64,000 nucleotides of DNA from positions 992,001 to 1,056,000 of the forward strand of contig LSRY02000023.1 in NCBI GenBank assembly GCA_001643675.2. Direction: 5' to 3'. This DNA is from Monocercomonoides exilis PA203. Its lineage: Eukaryota; Protista; Preaxostyla. Positions 35,901 to 44,900 of the stretch are shown here, one piece after another (within the stretch, counting starts at the first letter, position 1; every line of letters begins with the position of its first letter). A program made the translations under genes and the position numbers. The notes under the pieces are model-generated. The model ran no database searches, was not told the DNA's origin, and saw only the letters and a list, made by a program, of their open reading frames with translations.

Positions 35901-38068
35901 ACTGTTCATTTGGAAAGTGTTTGAGCTCAAAAGAGAATGGATCGATTGTGCTCGTAAATAATTGTGTTGATTTGGATTTTGATTCATGTAGCTTCCTTGG
36001 GAATTTTGAAGACGAGACAAGAGAAGAATGGGGAAAAAATGGCAGAATGGAAGAGATGTGCAGATGGAATGGGTCAGTTGTGGATGTTCAATCCAGCAAT
36101 GTTGGGATGAAAGACACAACAATCAGCAACTCGAAGAAAGGGGGGCTTTCGTTGTCAGGTGGAAGTGTGGAGATATATGATGGGAGATTTGAGAACAACA
36201 ATCCGTCGATAGCGAATTATGGATCGGCACGAAGAAACATTCTGTGTGGAGGCTCAGGAAGATTGAGGGTTGTGAGTTTGAAAGGAGGGGATGGAGTGTT
36301 GCCGAATACATCGTTGTGGATGTTGAATGAAGGATGCACACTGGAAGGGATTGCCAGAGAAAGAGCATCTTCGTTTTTCATCCCGAGGGTGGAGAGTGTG
36401 TCATCGGAAAAGTCAGGGGAGGTGGTGAATGTTGTGTTCAGAGGATCAGTTCTCCTTCCATGCAACCTCTCGTTCAAGACCGTTGCAGCAGTTGGGGATG
36501 AGGAAGTGGTTGAGAAATATTCGTTTGATGAAAGCGCTTTCATATCAGAAGAAGAGGTGCATGGTTCTGTTCCTGTCAAGACAGTTGAAGGGGTGGCAAG
36601 CGAAGCAGAAGTGAGGGTGTGTATTCTGTTTGGGAGTGCTGATTCTCCATCAGCCACTGATTCTTTCGTTCTGAAGAACAGGAGTGAATCCAAAACAAGT
36701 GGAGATGAAAGGATTGCCGAAGGAGGAAAGAAAGAAAGATCGATATGGCCAATAATTGTGATTGTGATGGCAATTATTCTTTTGATTGTTCTGATTATTT
36801 CTGTAATATTTATTGTTCGATGGAGAAAAGCTAAAAATGAGAACGAAGATCTGAGAGAGATTGTGAATGACAATATCAAAAAGGATCCAAAGCTGATTGA
36901 GATGATGACGATGGAGATGTCGCCTGAGGAACAGTGGCGAAGAGCCGAAAGAGAGGCAGAGAAGAAGAATGAGGAGAGGATAAAGAAAAGAGTGTATGCG
37001 AAAAGCCTTGGACATTCGGAGTCATCTGAGCATCTTCTGTCTGAGAGTGGCTCAACAGAATATATTTTGGGAAGAGATTCAGACAAGATCCCTGAGTGGA
37101 TGCTGGAGAAAGTGGATGAGAAAGAAGAGGAAGAAGAAACAAGAAAGAGATCGCCTTCACCATCCATTTCATCCACTTCAACAACGGACACAACTGATTC
37201 GGATTCCACTTTTGTTCGGGGAGAGGATCTGTGTCCAACCACCTCATCGATGTCGAATCTTGTGGATGCCATGGCATGCTCATCACCACATGAAAAGCTG
37301 ATTGTTGACTTGAGGGATTCTCTGTTCATGTTGTTGCATGGGAGGAATGAGAAGAAAGAGATGGCGATTGGGAGTCTTCAGCAAAGAGAGCAGACAGCTG
37401 CTCAAATCCTGTTCTGGGTGGCGAATGGAGCTCTCCATTCATTTGACGAGATCGAAAATACTCTTTCTTCCCTTGCCAACCTCAGTCCTCACATTGTGTT
37501 GTTTTCAGAACATATGGTGATCTGCATTGTGATGCATTCAGACTTCTCGTCTGATGATTCTGATTCCTCATCCATCTCTTCATCGACAGTTGTGACATCT
37601 GCCAGTGATGATGATGATGATGAAAGTGACTCTCTGCCCTCATCGGCCTTTGAGGATGAGGAAGACAACCGATATGAGTGTTTGCGGTGGAAGGCGCCCG
37701 AGTTGCTGATGAACAAGAAGATTGGAGCAACAAAGGAATCAGTGGTGTTTTCGATTGGGATGATGTTGTGGGAGTGTCTGACGCTGCAGATCCCGTTTGG
37801 GGAGTATGAGGCAGAAATGGCGGGGAAGAAGATCAAAGATGGGGAGAGGCCGAAGATGTTGGTGGGTTGTGAGTCGTCTCTTGGGGAGGTTGCGAGCAAA
37901 GGGATGGCGCAGAAGGCAGAGGAGAGGCCTGGGCTGGAAGAGCTGAAAAGAGAGTTTTTCATGCGATTTCCGGAAGGGGCGATTGTGTTCACGATGTCGG
38001 ATGCGGTTGATCTTGTGGGAGAATTGAGCAAGATGGGAAGCACCGATGAGAAGAAAGAGGATGAGTGA
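29966..38068 (+). CDS. 2700-aa type-I membrane receptor-like protein: Cys-rich beta-helix-like ectodomain, TM, degenerate kinase-like (pseudokinase) tail
   Basis: Uninterrupted ORF; hydrophobic N-terminus; GGA(I/L) and FxxC/FxxN repeats; four CG-x-(P/R)C-x-(S/T)I modules; TM IWPIIVIVMAIILLIVLIISVIFIV; LRWKAPE and SVVFSIGMMLWECLTLQIPF resemble kinase subdomains VIII-IX; no HRD or DFG. Confidence 0.9.
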   Translation: MNFVYLLTLTFVLNCSEIDDERKLNGFKCVVNSQNEHVLNQGLSSNHSDENHGLFNFHGFNASDNENEDKITDKDDEASGLMQKQRGYFSKEERREANDIDNHLGNENCQLKTIGDSKRVFRNQRSTVMAMVNFGNSSCEMKYLSLFKEERRSLMLINDLSTVLVHCCSIHQRGAKNGYLFTLNEGHLILSNTSYLSAGCAEIIEPFVGCEKMSSEKMKKDLKIIDSDFSSFSLGRSTSLLASTDIWKISVFSCHFSNISQSARIQNNHHSMGNSKNDYSFTGCVVEKVDSPLGGGLVEGMHSGYHHFFACNSSYSQCVRRDNADPVIGNKTMKSQVVDSGDATFVDCDFNNLSTENSSRVNGGAILFTSSGLLNVSLCRFNECHSSWCGGAISSQGDGKKSVITSSSFESCSVEASGGCLYIYFISTFSVKNINCSNSSVKHMGGGIFIEHNVKQGIIDKCHFYSCRKNTTQHNGGGSVGLYNHGTAVISDCSFCGGFSENNGAGISWDNIPGENDSPTLFCFFSNNIAVNLGHDVYVVEGWTSVNETSFVHCRSSTSANNNRVVKGETGYDDWIPKIFFNPVFVNSMEGLDHMACGFVRAGDEYGRRCKTIEFGMSVLDTDGSSNEVIIEVGDYEENKVEVGKMRIAFEGKDKTQVIIHNRSPNGESLVVIGTGMGNFRNMTFVCGENPSSHLMEMLAKEGVLNMCECVITSLRNDESCVLSASLMIVQMGSVIFDSVEISGISFSSVPAFNIRGESSLSFQMNNVDAHGISRASGDGSVICGNLANGMNVNISGGMMRSCGCEDGCGGGMWIQLDEGSKMEIGNASSEGAEENVDNVSFINCYCAGKGNRVGGFGGAIYLDVCDGNCTFCIHCASFESCQAEKGNNIFVNAQCLRDVVNKATFGFECEGMIDSDLLGYEDGCREECAPLLPFLMEDGDVGFVGGEKSLEFSRCGMEQYPCSSINKVVEVWYGDETRTIRIKNGFVLCEEIVMERHFWNVTGTVGDAAVEVVVPSPLFDSDCLICISSEALLKDMCFSLPSTLSPASSFVLSSSNVLSVSDCSVEPSTGNLLNEIEYCVFHVDGGVLHMAGFSNKGQINTLSNPIIKCTGDGIAELSNCVLTGITRRTGGGSCLERICEESESESESGDASAAVIIIVSSCTFSECCIEEKDGCGGGMKISIGKDEEVVVNGSTTFDGCKAENNGGNGGGGGGMMIGVGNGGSLKMKGVKFERCKVSSSEDERGGKGLGGGIFVKFSEEIGIFVLEGMTFEGCNAWKGKNVFVSGWDLSEIVNKENFKWEMSPQELGSLDELCGWERKATGEGYVIPLVVYMWDNWSEKGYVSKEKGGDFSGCGFSEAPCSSINHLISLRYGTLGGSESHVIIVDFVILQNSLHLIQTDSDTQKISIEGEENGTVLRVEEENEEEMEEAMVASEVILSFVNVSFVLPNVLAHHLAFLKSSSGDGALSVRSCSFVSEDASKETNFCLVRVDGGSVVIEDCALKEFHLLQGFMELSSDVKVANVMNLSISDTSVSGRSLISISEHALLSVRSLKEATMLRSKVNGDEDGMLSMSVNSSTFTNITLSENRATIVSACSFECKMRCLVEGCVMTKCLSEWSEEGGGMKVSLKSRGSELRVNGCMFGMCSCSVVKGRGGGLMIDASGLGETQAGTEDAPPLGIMIESTRFTMNDAYVGKDVFIRCNRIEKQINEKLFSLDFSQESLKSNNSICGSDEEKTDIDLIPLITFYYGQQVFVNANGRDMRQCGEQTNPCKSISCSVDHIQRGVVNIVFIDEEGDIGGECAIGDLSVKSMKKMKAIVHFNEAIQEIGNERSVIVFANECVAERCVFEFGELHEANHSHVMKVKNGTTMMRECECLSSTTELIITSTIMAVEGGELEMDKCAFTRMKLCVPLIEFVGGSKATISETRIDKLESDENVIEVGDRARVEMKELDIQNITLSKSGSVVKMKNVVKNVILLNCSFGKCLSSKENGSIVLVNNCVDLDFDSCSFLGNFEDETREEWGKNGRMEEMCRWNGSVVDVQSSNVGMKDTTISNSKKGGLSLSGGSVEIYDGRFENNNPSIANYGSARRNILCGGSGRLRVVSLKGGDGVLPNTSLWMLNEGCTLEGIARERASSFFIPRVESVSSEKSGEVVNVVFRGSVLLPCNLSFKTVAAVGDEEVVEKYSFDESAFISEEEVHGSVPVKTVEGVASEAEVRVCILFGSADSPSATDSFVLKNRSESKTSGDERIAEGGKKERSIWPIIVIVMAIILLIVLIISVIFIVRWRKAKNENEDLREIVNDNIKKDPKLIEMMTMEMSPEEQWRRAEREAEKKNEERIKKRVYAKSLGHSESSEHLLSESGSTEYILGRDSDKIPEWMLEKVDEKEEEEETRKRSPSPSISSTSTTDTTDSDSTFVRGEDLCPTTSSMSNLVDAMACSSPHEKLIVDLRDSLFMLLHGRNEKKEMAIGSLQQREQTAAQILFWVANGALHSFDEIENTLSSLANLSPHIVLFSEHMVICIVMHSDFSSDDSDSSSISSSTVVTSASDDDDDESDSLPSSAFEDEEDNRYECLRWKAPELLMNKKIGATKESVVFSIGMMLWECLTLQIPFGEYEAEMAGKKIKDGERPKMLVGCESSLGEVASKGMAQKAEERPGLEELKREFFMRFPEGAIVFTMSDAVDLVGELSKMGSTDEKKEDE

Positions 38069-41000
38069 TGGGAAACAACACACCAGAGAGATTGTGCTTG
38101 AAGAAGGATTAGAAGAAGAAGAAGAAGAAGATAAGAGCGAGTGAGACATTGGGATAGCACGAGCTTTTCAATTGGACTTGTTGGCGCTTTTCAGAATATT
38201 TTTCTGGAGCTTGAGCCATGATGAGATGATGATGGCAATGAATGCAAAAAAAACAATTTTTTTTTTCAAAAAAAACTTTTCATTTCTTTTTATTCTTTTA
38301 TATCTTTTTTTTAGTTATGGAAAGGAAATTGGGGTTTGTCATCCATTTTTGTGGGGTTGTTCGAATAATATTTGACTCATTGACTCGTTTGTGCTCGTTG
38401 TTCTGTTTTTCTTTTTTATTCTTTTCCATTCCTTTTATGTTTTCCTTTTGAAGTTTTATAATTCTTTTTTAAAAGATCATTGGCATTTTCTGTTGAAGCA
38501 ACAATTCATAAATATGTGTGTTTTTTCAGCATTTCACAAATTCATTCCCAAAAATTAATGAGAAAAATACGAGAGAGAAATGATGCAGTTGCGATTGGCA
38601 AGCTCACTGTCTTTTCTGGCAAAGTTGCTGATTAATCTCCCACATGGAAATATGGTTCATGAATGGTCGAAGCATGAAAAAATGCAGCAGGAGTTATGGA
38701 ACAGCAGCACAAGGAAGATAAAAAAGAAAATAAATGAAATCGTCTCTGACTTGAGTAATCAATGCAAAGCACATGGATGAGATATATAGCTGACTTTTTT
38801 TTTCCTGACTTTCCACAAACACTCTCACTGGAAGCAATGGACATCTTTGAAAGTCTTCAAATGGACATTTGATTTTTTATCAAAGCATTTATTTCCTGGT
38901 TTGTGCAGCAGGAAGAAAGAAGTTATGTGAGCACCTTGGCATCCAATTTAAACAGATTTCTTATCTGAAAATAGTCCACAATAAATTCACACGAAATTCT
39001 TTGTTTATCTGTAAATTATCAAACAAATAAAATTGGATGTCAAGGTGCTCACATAACTTCTCTCTTTCTGCTGCACAAACCAGAAAATACATGCTCTGCA
39101 AAAAAAAAAAAATCAAATGTCCATTTGAAGACTTTCAAAGATGTCCATTGCTTCCAGTGAGAGTGTTTGTGGAAAGTCAGGAAAAAAAAAGTCAGCTATA
39201 TATCTCATCCATGTGCTTTGCATTGATTACTCAAGTCAGAGACGATTTCATTTATTTTCTTTTTTATCTTCCTTGTGCTGCTGTTCCATAACTCCTGCTG
39301 CATTTTTTCATGCTTCGACCATTCATGAACCATATTTCCATGTGGGAGATTAATCAGCAACTTTGCCAGAAAAGACAGTGAGCTTGCCAATCGCAACTGC
39401 ATCATTTCTCTCTCGTATTTTTCTCATTAATTTTTGGGAATGAATTTGTGAAATGCTGAAAAAACACACATATTTATGAATTGTTGCTTCAACAGAAAAT
39501 GCCAATGATCTTTTAAAAAAGAATTATAAAACTTCAAAAGGAAAACATAAAAGGAATGGAAAAGAATAAAAAAGAAAAACAGAACAACGAGCACAAACGA
39601 GTCAATGAGTCAAATATTATTCGAACAACCCCACAAAAATGGATGACAAACCCCAATTTCCTTTCCATAACTAAAAAAAAGATATAAAAGAATAAAAAGA
39701 AATGAAAAGTTTTTTTTGAAAAAAAAAATTGTTTTTTTTGCATTCATTGCCATCATCATCTCATCATGGCTCAAGCTCCAGAAAAATATTCTGAAAAGCG
39801 CCAACAAGTCCAATTGAAAAGCTCGTGCTATCCCAATGTCTCACTCGCTCTTATCTTCTTCTTCTTCTTCTTCTAATCCTTCTTCAAGCACAATCTCTCT
39901 GGTGTGTTGTTTCCCATCACTCATCCTCTTTCTTCTCATCGGTGCTTCCCATCTTGCTCAATTCTCCCACAAGATCAACCGCATCCGACATCGTGAACAC
40001 AATCGCCCCTTCCGGAAATCGCATGAAAAACTCTCTTTTCAGCTCTTCCAGCCCAGGCCTCTCCTCTGCCTTCTGCGCCATCCCTTTGCTCGCAACCTCC
40101 CCAAGAGACGACTCACAACCCACCAACATCTTCGGCCTCTCCCCATCTTTGATCTTCTTCCCCGCCATTTCTGCCTCATACTCCCCAAACGGGATCTGCA
40201 GCGTCAGACACTCCCACAACATCATCCCAATCGAAAACACCACTGATTCCTTTGTTGCTCCAATCTTCTTGTTCATCAGCAACTCGGGCGCCTTCCACCG
40301 CAAACACTCATATCGGTTGTCTTCCTCATCCTCAAAGGCCGATGAGGGCAGAGAGTCACTTTCATCATCATCATCATCACTGGCAGATGTCACAACTGTC
40401 GATGAAGAGATGGATGAGGAATCAGAATCATCAGACGAGAAGTCTGAATGCATCACAATGCAGATCACCATATGTTCTGAAAACAACACAATGTGAGGAC
40501 TGAGGTTGGCAAGGGAAGAAAGAGTATTTTCGATCTCGTCAAATGAATGGAGAGCTCCATTCGCCACCCAGAACAGGATTTGAGCAGCTGTCTGCTCTCT
40601 TTGCTGAAGACTCCCAATCGCCATCTCTTTCTTCTCATTCCTCCCATGCAACAACATGAACAGAGAATCCCTCAAGTCAACAATCAGCTTTTCATGTGGT
40701 GATGAGCATGCCATGGCATCCACAAGATTCGACATCGATGAGGTGGTTGGACACAGATCATCTCCCCGAACAAAAGTGGAATCTGAATTAGTTGTTGAAG
40801 TTGTTGAAGTGGATGAAATGGAAGGTGATGGCGTTCTCTTTCTTGTCTCTTCTTCCTCCTCCTCGTCCACTTTCTCCAGAGCCCAATCTGGAATCTTGTC
40901 TGAATCTCTCCCCAGAATATATTCAGTTGAGCCACTCTCAGATAGAAGATGCTCAGATGACTCCGAATGTCCAAGGCTTTTCGCATACACTCTTTTCTTT

Positions 41001-41931
41001 ATCCTCTCCTCATTCTTCTTCTCTGCCTCTCTTTCGGCTCTTCGCCACTGTTCCTCAGGCGACATCTCCATCGTCATCATCTCAATCAGCTTTGGATCCT
41101 TTTTGATATTGTCATTCACAATCTCTCTCAGATCTTCGTTCTCATTTTTAGCTTTTCTCCATCGAACAATAAATATTACAGAAATAATCAGAACAATCAA
41201 AAGAATAATTGCCATCACAATCACAATTATTGGCCATATCGATCTTTCTTTCTTTCCTCCTTCGGCAATCCTTTCATCTCCACTTGTTTTGGATTCACTC
41301 CTGTTCTTCAGAACGAAAGAATCAGTGGCTGATGGAGAATCAGCACTCCCAAACAGAATACACACCCTCACTTCTGCTTCGCTTGCCACCCCTTCAACTG
41401 TCTTGACAGGAACAGAACCATGCACCTCTTCTTCTGATATGAAAGCGCTTTCATCAAACGAATATTTCTCAACCACTTCCTCATCCCCAACTGCTGCAAC
41501 GGTCTTGAACGAGAGGTTGCATGGAAGGAGAACTGATCCTCTGAACACAACATTCACCACCTCCCCTGACTTTTCCGATGACACACTCTCCACCCTCGGG
41601 ATGAAAAACGAAGATGCTCTTTCTCTGGCAATCCCTTCCAGTGTGCATCCTTCATTCAACATCCACAACGATGTATTCGGCAACACTCCATCCCCTCCTT
41701 TCAAACTCACAACCCTCAATCTTCCTGAGCCTCCACACAGAATGTTTCTTCGTGCCGATCCATAATTCGCTATCGACGGATTGTTGTTCTCAAATCTCCC
41801 ATCATATATCTCCACACTTCCACCTGACAACGAAAGCCCGCCGTTCTTCGAGTTGCTGATTGTTGTGTCTTTCATCCCAACATTGCTGGATTGAACATCC
41901 ACAAGTGACCCATTCCATCTGCACATCTCTT
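36051..41931. repeat. ~5.9 kb palindrome: arms 36051-38949 and 39030-41931, ~80 bp spacer
   Basis: Mirror-identical ORFs with constant coordinate sum 77985/77982 (e.g. 37489-38160(-) and 39825-40496(+)); arm ends read directly from the sequence. Confidence 0.97.
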
Positions 41932-44900
41932 TGAATTCATTTCTGTTCTCGTTTTCATTTTCATTCACAAGCCCTCCATCAAATCGACACAGACTTATTG
42001 AAACATCCTTTGCATTGTGAATCTCCACAATGCTTCCTTTTCTTGACAGAGAATGGCAATCTGAGTAAGAGCAGTTTGAAAGAACTATTTGAGCAGAAGT
42101 TGAAGAAACAGAGAGAACAGAAGATCCTTCCGAATTCCTTGAACAGTGATTGAATGAGGAGATTCCAACAGAAACAGAACCTGAAGTCTTTTCGTTTATT
42201 GAAAAGACACAACCATCAGACAGCTTCACTCCATCAGCTGATATTCCATTGAATACAACTTCTTTGCAGTCAACAATCTCAAACACATTTGCCATTGAGT
42301 CAATTTGTTCCAGTTTCACATTTGTCAATGATATCTCTTTGCCGCTGAACAGGAATGAAGGCTTCTTGAACGAGAGGAGTGACACTGAGCAGTTGTCAAT
42401 ATGAAGAATTCCATTTTTAATGCTCAGCAAAGTTGAATTGAGAACAACAGATTCAATGTTCTCTGATTGGCCAACAGAAGAGAAATCAACAGATGAAAGA
42501 GACAGCTGGGCATTTGCTTCATGGATGATTGAACTTCCAGAATATGAAAATGACTGGCCAAAATCGAATTTCAATTTTTCAATCCGAACAGTCTCTGAGA
42601 TTGAAATGAGACTTCCCTCATTGATATTAATTGTTGAGTTCAGATGAACCAGAGCAGCTGAGGAAGATTGCAATGAGCGGATGATCAAATCCATTGCTTC
42701 GCATTCCCCAACAATAACCGTCTCCTTCGAGATCAACAGCTGCGAATACGACGAAGGAATGATGTGTTGCACTCCAACATCCAATGATTGGCAAGGCATG
42801 CTGAACTCTCCACATTGCTTGCTATCTTTGTGATTTTCAGAAACGGAAGACACAAATATCGTCTCGCTCAGATATTTCACGACTCTCAGCAGAAGATCTT
42901 CTTCTCCTTCAAACGAGTCAGTTGTGCAACCCCACACCGCAAGATCCTTCACAAACGGTGCTCTGAAATCCAGCAAGAATTGCTCATCAGCAATTTGTGT
43001 TTCGATTGAGTGACATCTCACATACACATCTCTTCCCTTCAATGCGGTGTTGTCTTTGAGGGTGATATTTGAGAGAACAAAATTCAGAGGATGTTCAACT
43101 GTTGAGGTGCATTCCAGAAACATCCACCCGCCTCTTCCTGTATTGGAGCAAAAGCATTCAGAAATCGTGCAAAATGAGCAGTCAAAGTTTCCTTCCTCAT
43201 TCAACACATTAAACATCCCTCCTCCCTTTCCACACCTTTTTCCACCACACTTCTTCATCGTTGTGTTTCTCATCACAATTTTCAATGACTCATCGTTCAC
43301 ATTTCGAATGATGGGAATATCATCTGTTGTGTTCTGAGCGACTTCTTCGAATACGCTCCATTCAACAACAATGTCTTGTTCAGCTTCATTTTTTTCTCTT
43401 CTGGAAATCTTTGAAATGCTCAATCCGCTTGCTCCTTCCAGCTCAACATTCTTCATCGTCAGGTTTTTAACATTCAATATCGTTGTTGACAACACAGAAA
43501 TAACATCTTTTGAAAAGCTGAGTGATTGTATCGTTACAAATTCCAATTTGACTGTGCCCCCATCTGCCTTGATCAGCCCGTAATTCATTATTTCTTCTCT
43601 GCTTTCTTCATTTTTTGTGAATGAGCAGTCTTTCAGAGTCAACAGTCCTTCACTTGAACCAACATGGATCAGAACGTTCACTCCACTTGTGAATGAAGAT
43701 GGAATCACAAACTTCATCAGTTCGAGATTTGTGATGCCCTGAGTCTTCATTACTGCTTCCTCTCCTCCTTCAAGAGATGAGAGACATTCCAAAGAGCATA
43801 TTTCTTCATCATCTGATTTTAAAGAAACTCCACTCACATCAACACTTTTTTGGAGAACTCCTTTTCCAATGATATTGATATTCTTTTCATTTCCTTCAGG
43901 CAGTCGATCCAGAGAATAATCGATTGATTGGCAAGGATAATCAGAAAGCCCACAAACGCACACATCGCAACCTTCACCTCCTATAAATATCTCTGAGCCA
44001 ATCGCTCTCCAAAAATACGCCAATGGAATAGCATTTGCTGTGTCATTCCCATCAAAGCCTCTCAATGAATCCAATGAAATATCTGCCAGATGATCGGACA
44101 CAAATGGAAGTGAGTCATTTGTGATGCTCTTTGTCAAGTTGGATGATTCAACAAAAAGATCATTTCCATATTTTGCAATATTTGGCTTGTCTTCCTCAAA
44201 AATGGGGGATGAGATCACAAATGAAGAACAATCATCAATCAGCTTCAGTGCCATCCCTCCACCGAAGCCAGTCTTCCGTTCTTCAGCAGGAGCTGTGCAT
44301 CCTGTGAATGTGCATGAAATAATATTTATTTGAATATTCCCTTTCAACTGAGCATCGATGGCTCCTCCTCTGCTTCCTTCAGCCAGCACAGAGCATCCAT
44401 CAAAATCGCATTCTTCAACATTTATTTCTGCCTTTGAATCTTCATCATCGCTGTTATCAATGCTCAAACAGCCTCCACTTCCATCAGTTCTTTCAATTTC
44501 TGTGAAACGGCAGTTTGTCATGTTCAACCATTTGGTGTTCATCAATTCATCCCTTGTGCAACTTCCAGACAAAGAGATCAACGGATTTCCATTCAAGACA
44601 ATTGATAAAGCTGAGAATTTGTCGATTGTCAAAATTCCTGATTCAACAGACAAGAACAGAAATGTCAATTCTAATGATGGATTTTGAAGGGAAAGAGAAC
44701 ACTGATTCAAAGTCAGTTGCGAAGAAGAAGAAACAAAAGTGGAGTGTGAAGAGAAAGAAGGAGGAAGAGAGAAGATAAGTTTTGATAATTCTGTTTCAAT
44801 GCTTGTTGTTATCATTGCTGAGTTTGATGTTGAACTTGCATCAGCGACTGTCCAACAACTTTGATCATCATTTCCTCGAATTTCATGTTTCTGTTCAGCA

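Noticed and set aside
38172-39813. Short mirrored ORFs in the palindrome centre
   Set aside because: AT-rich, motif-free, mostly non-ATG starts; identity is due to the inverted repeat.
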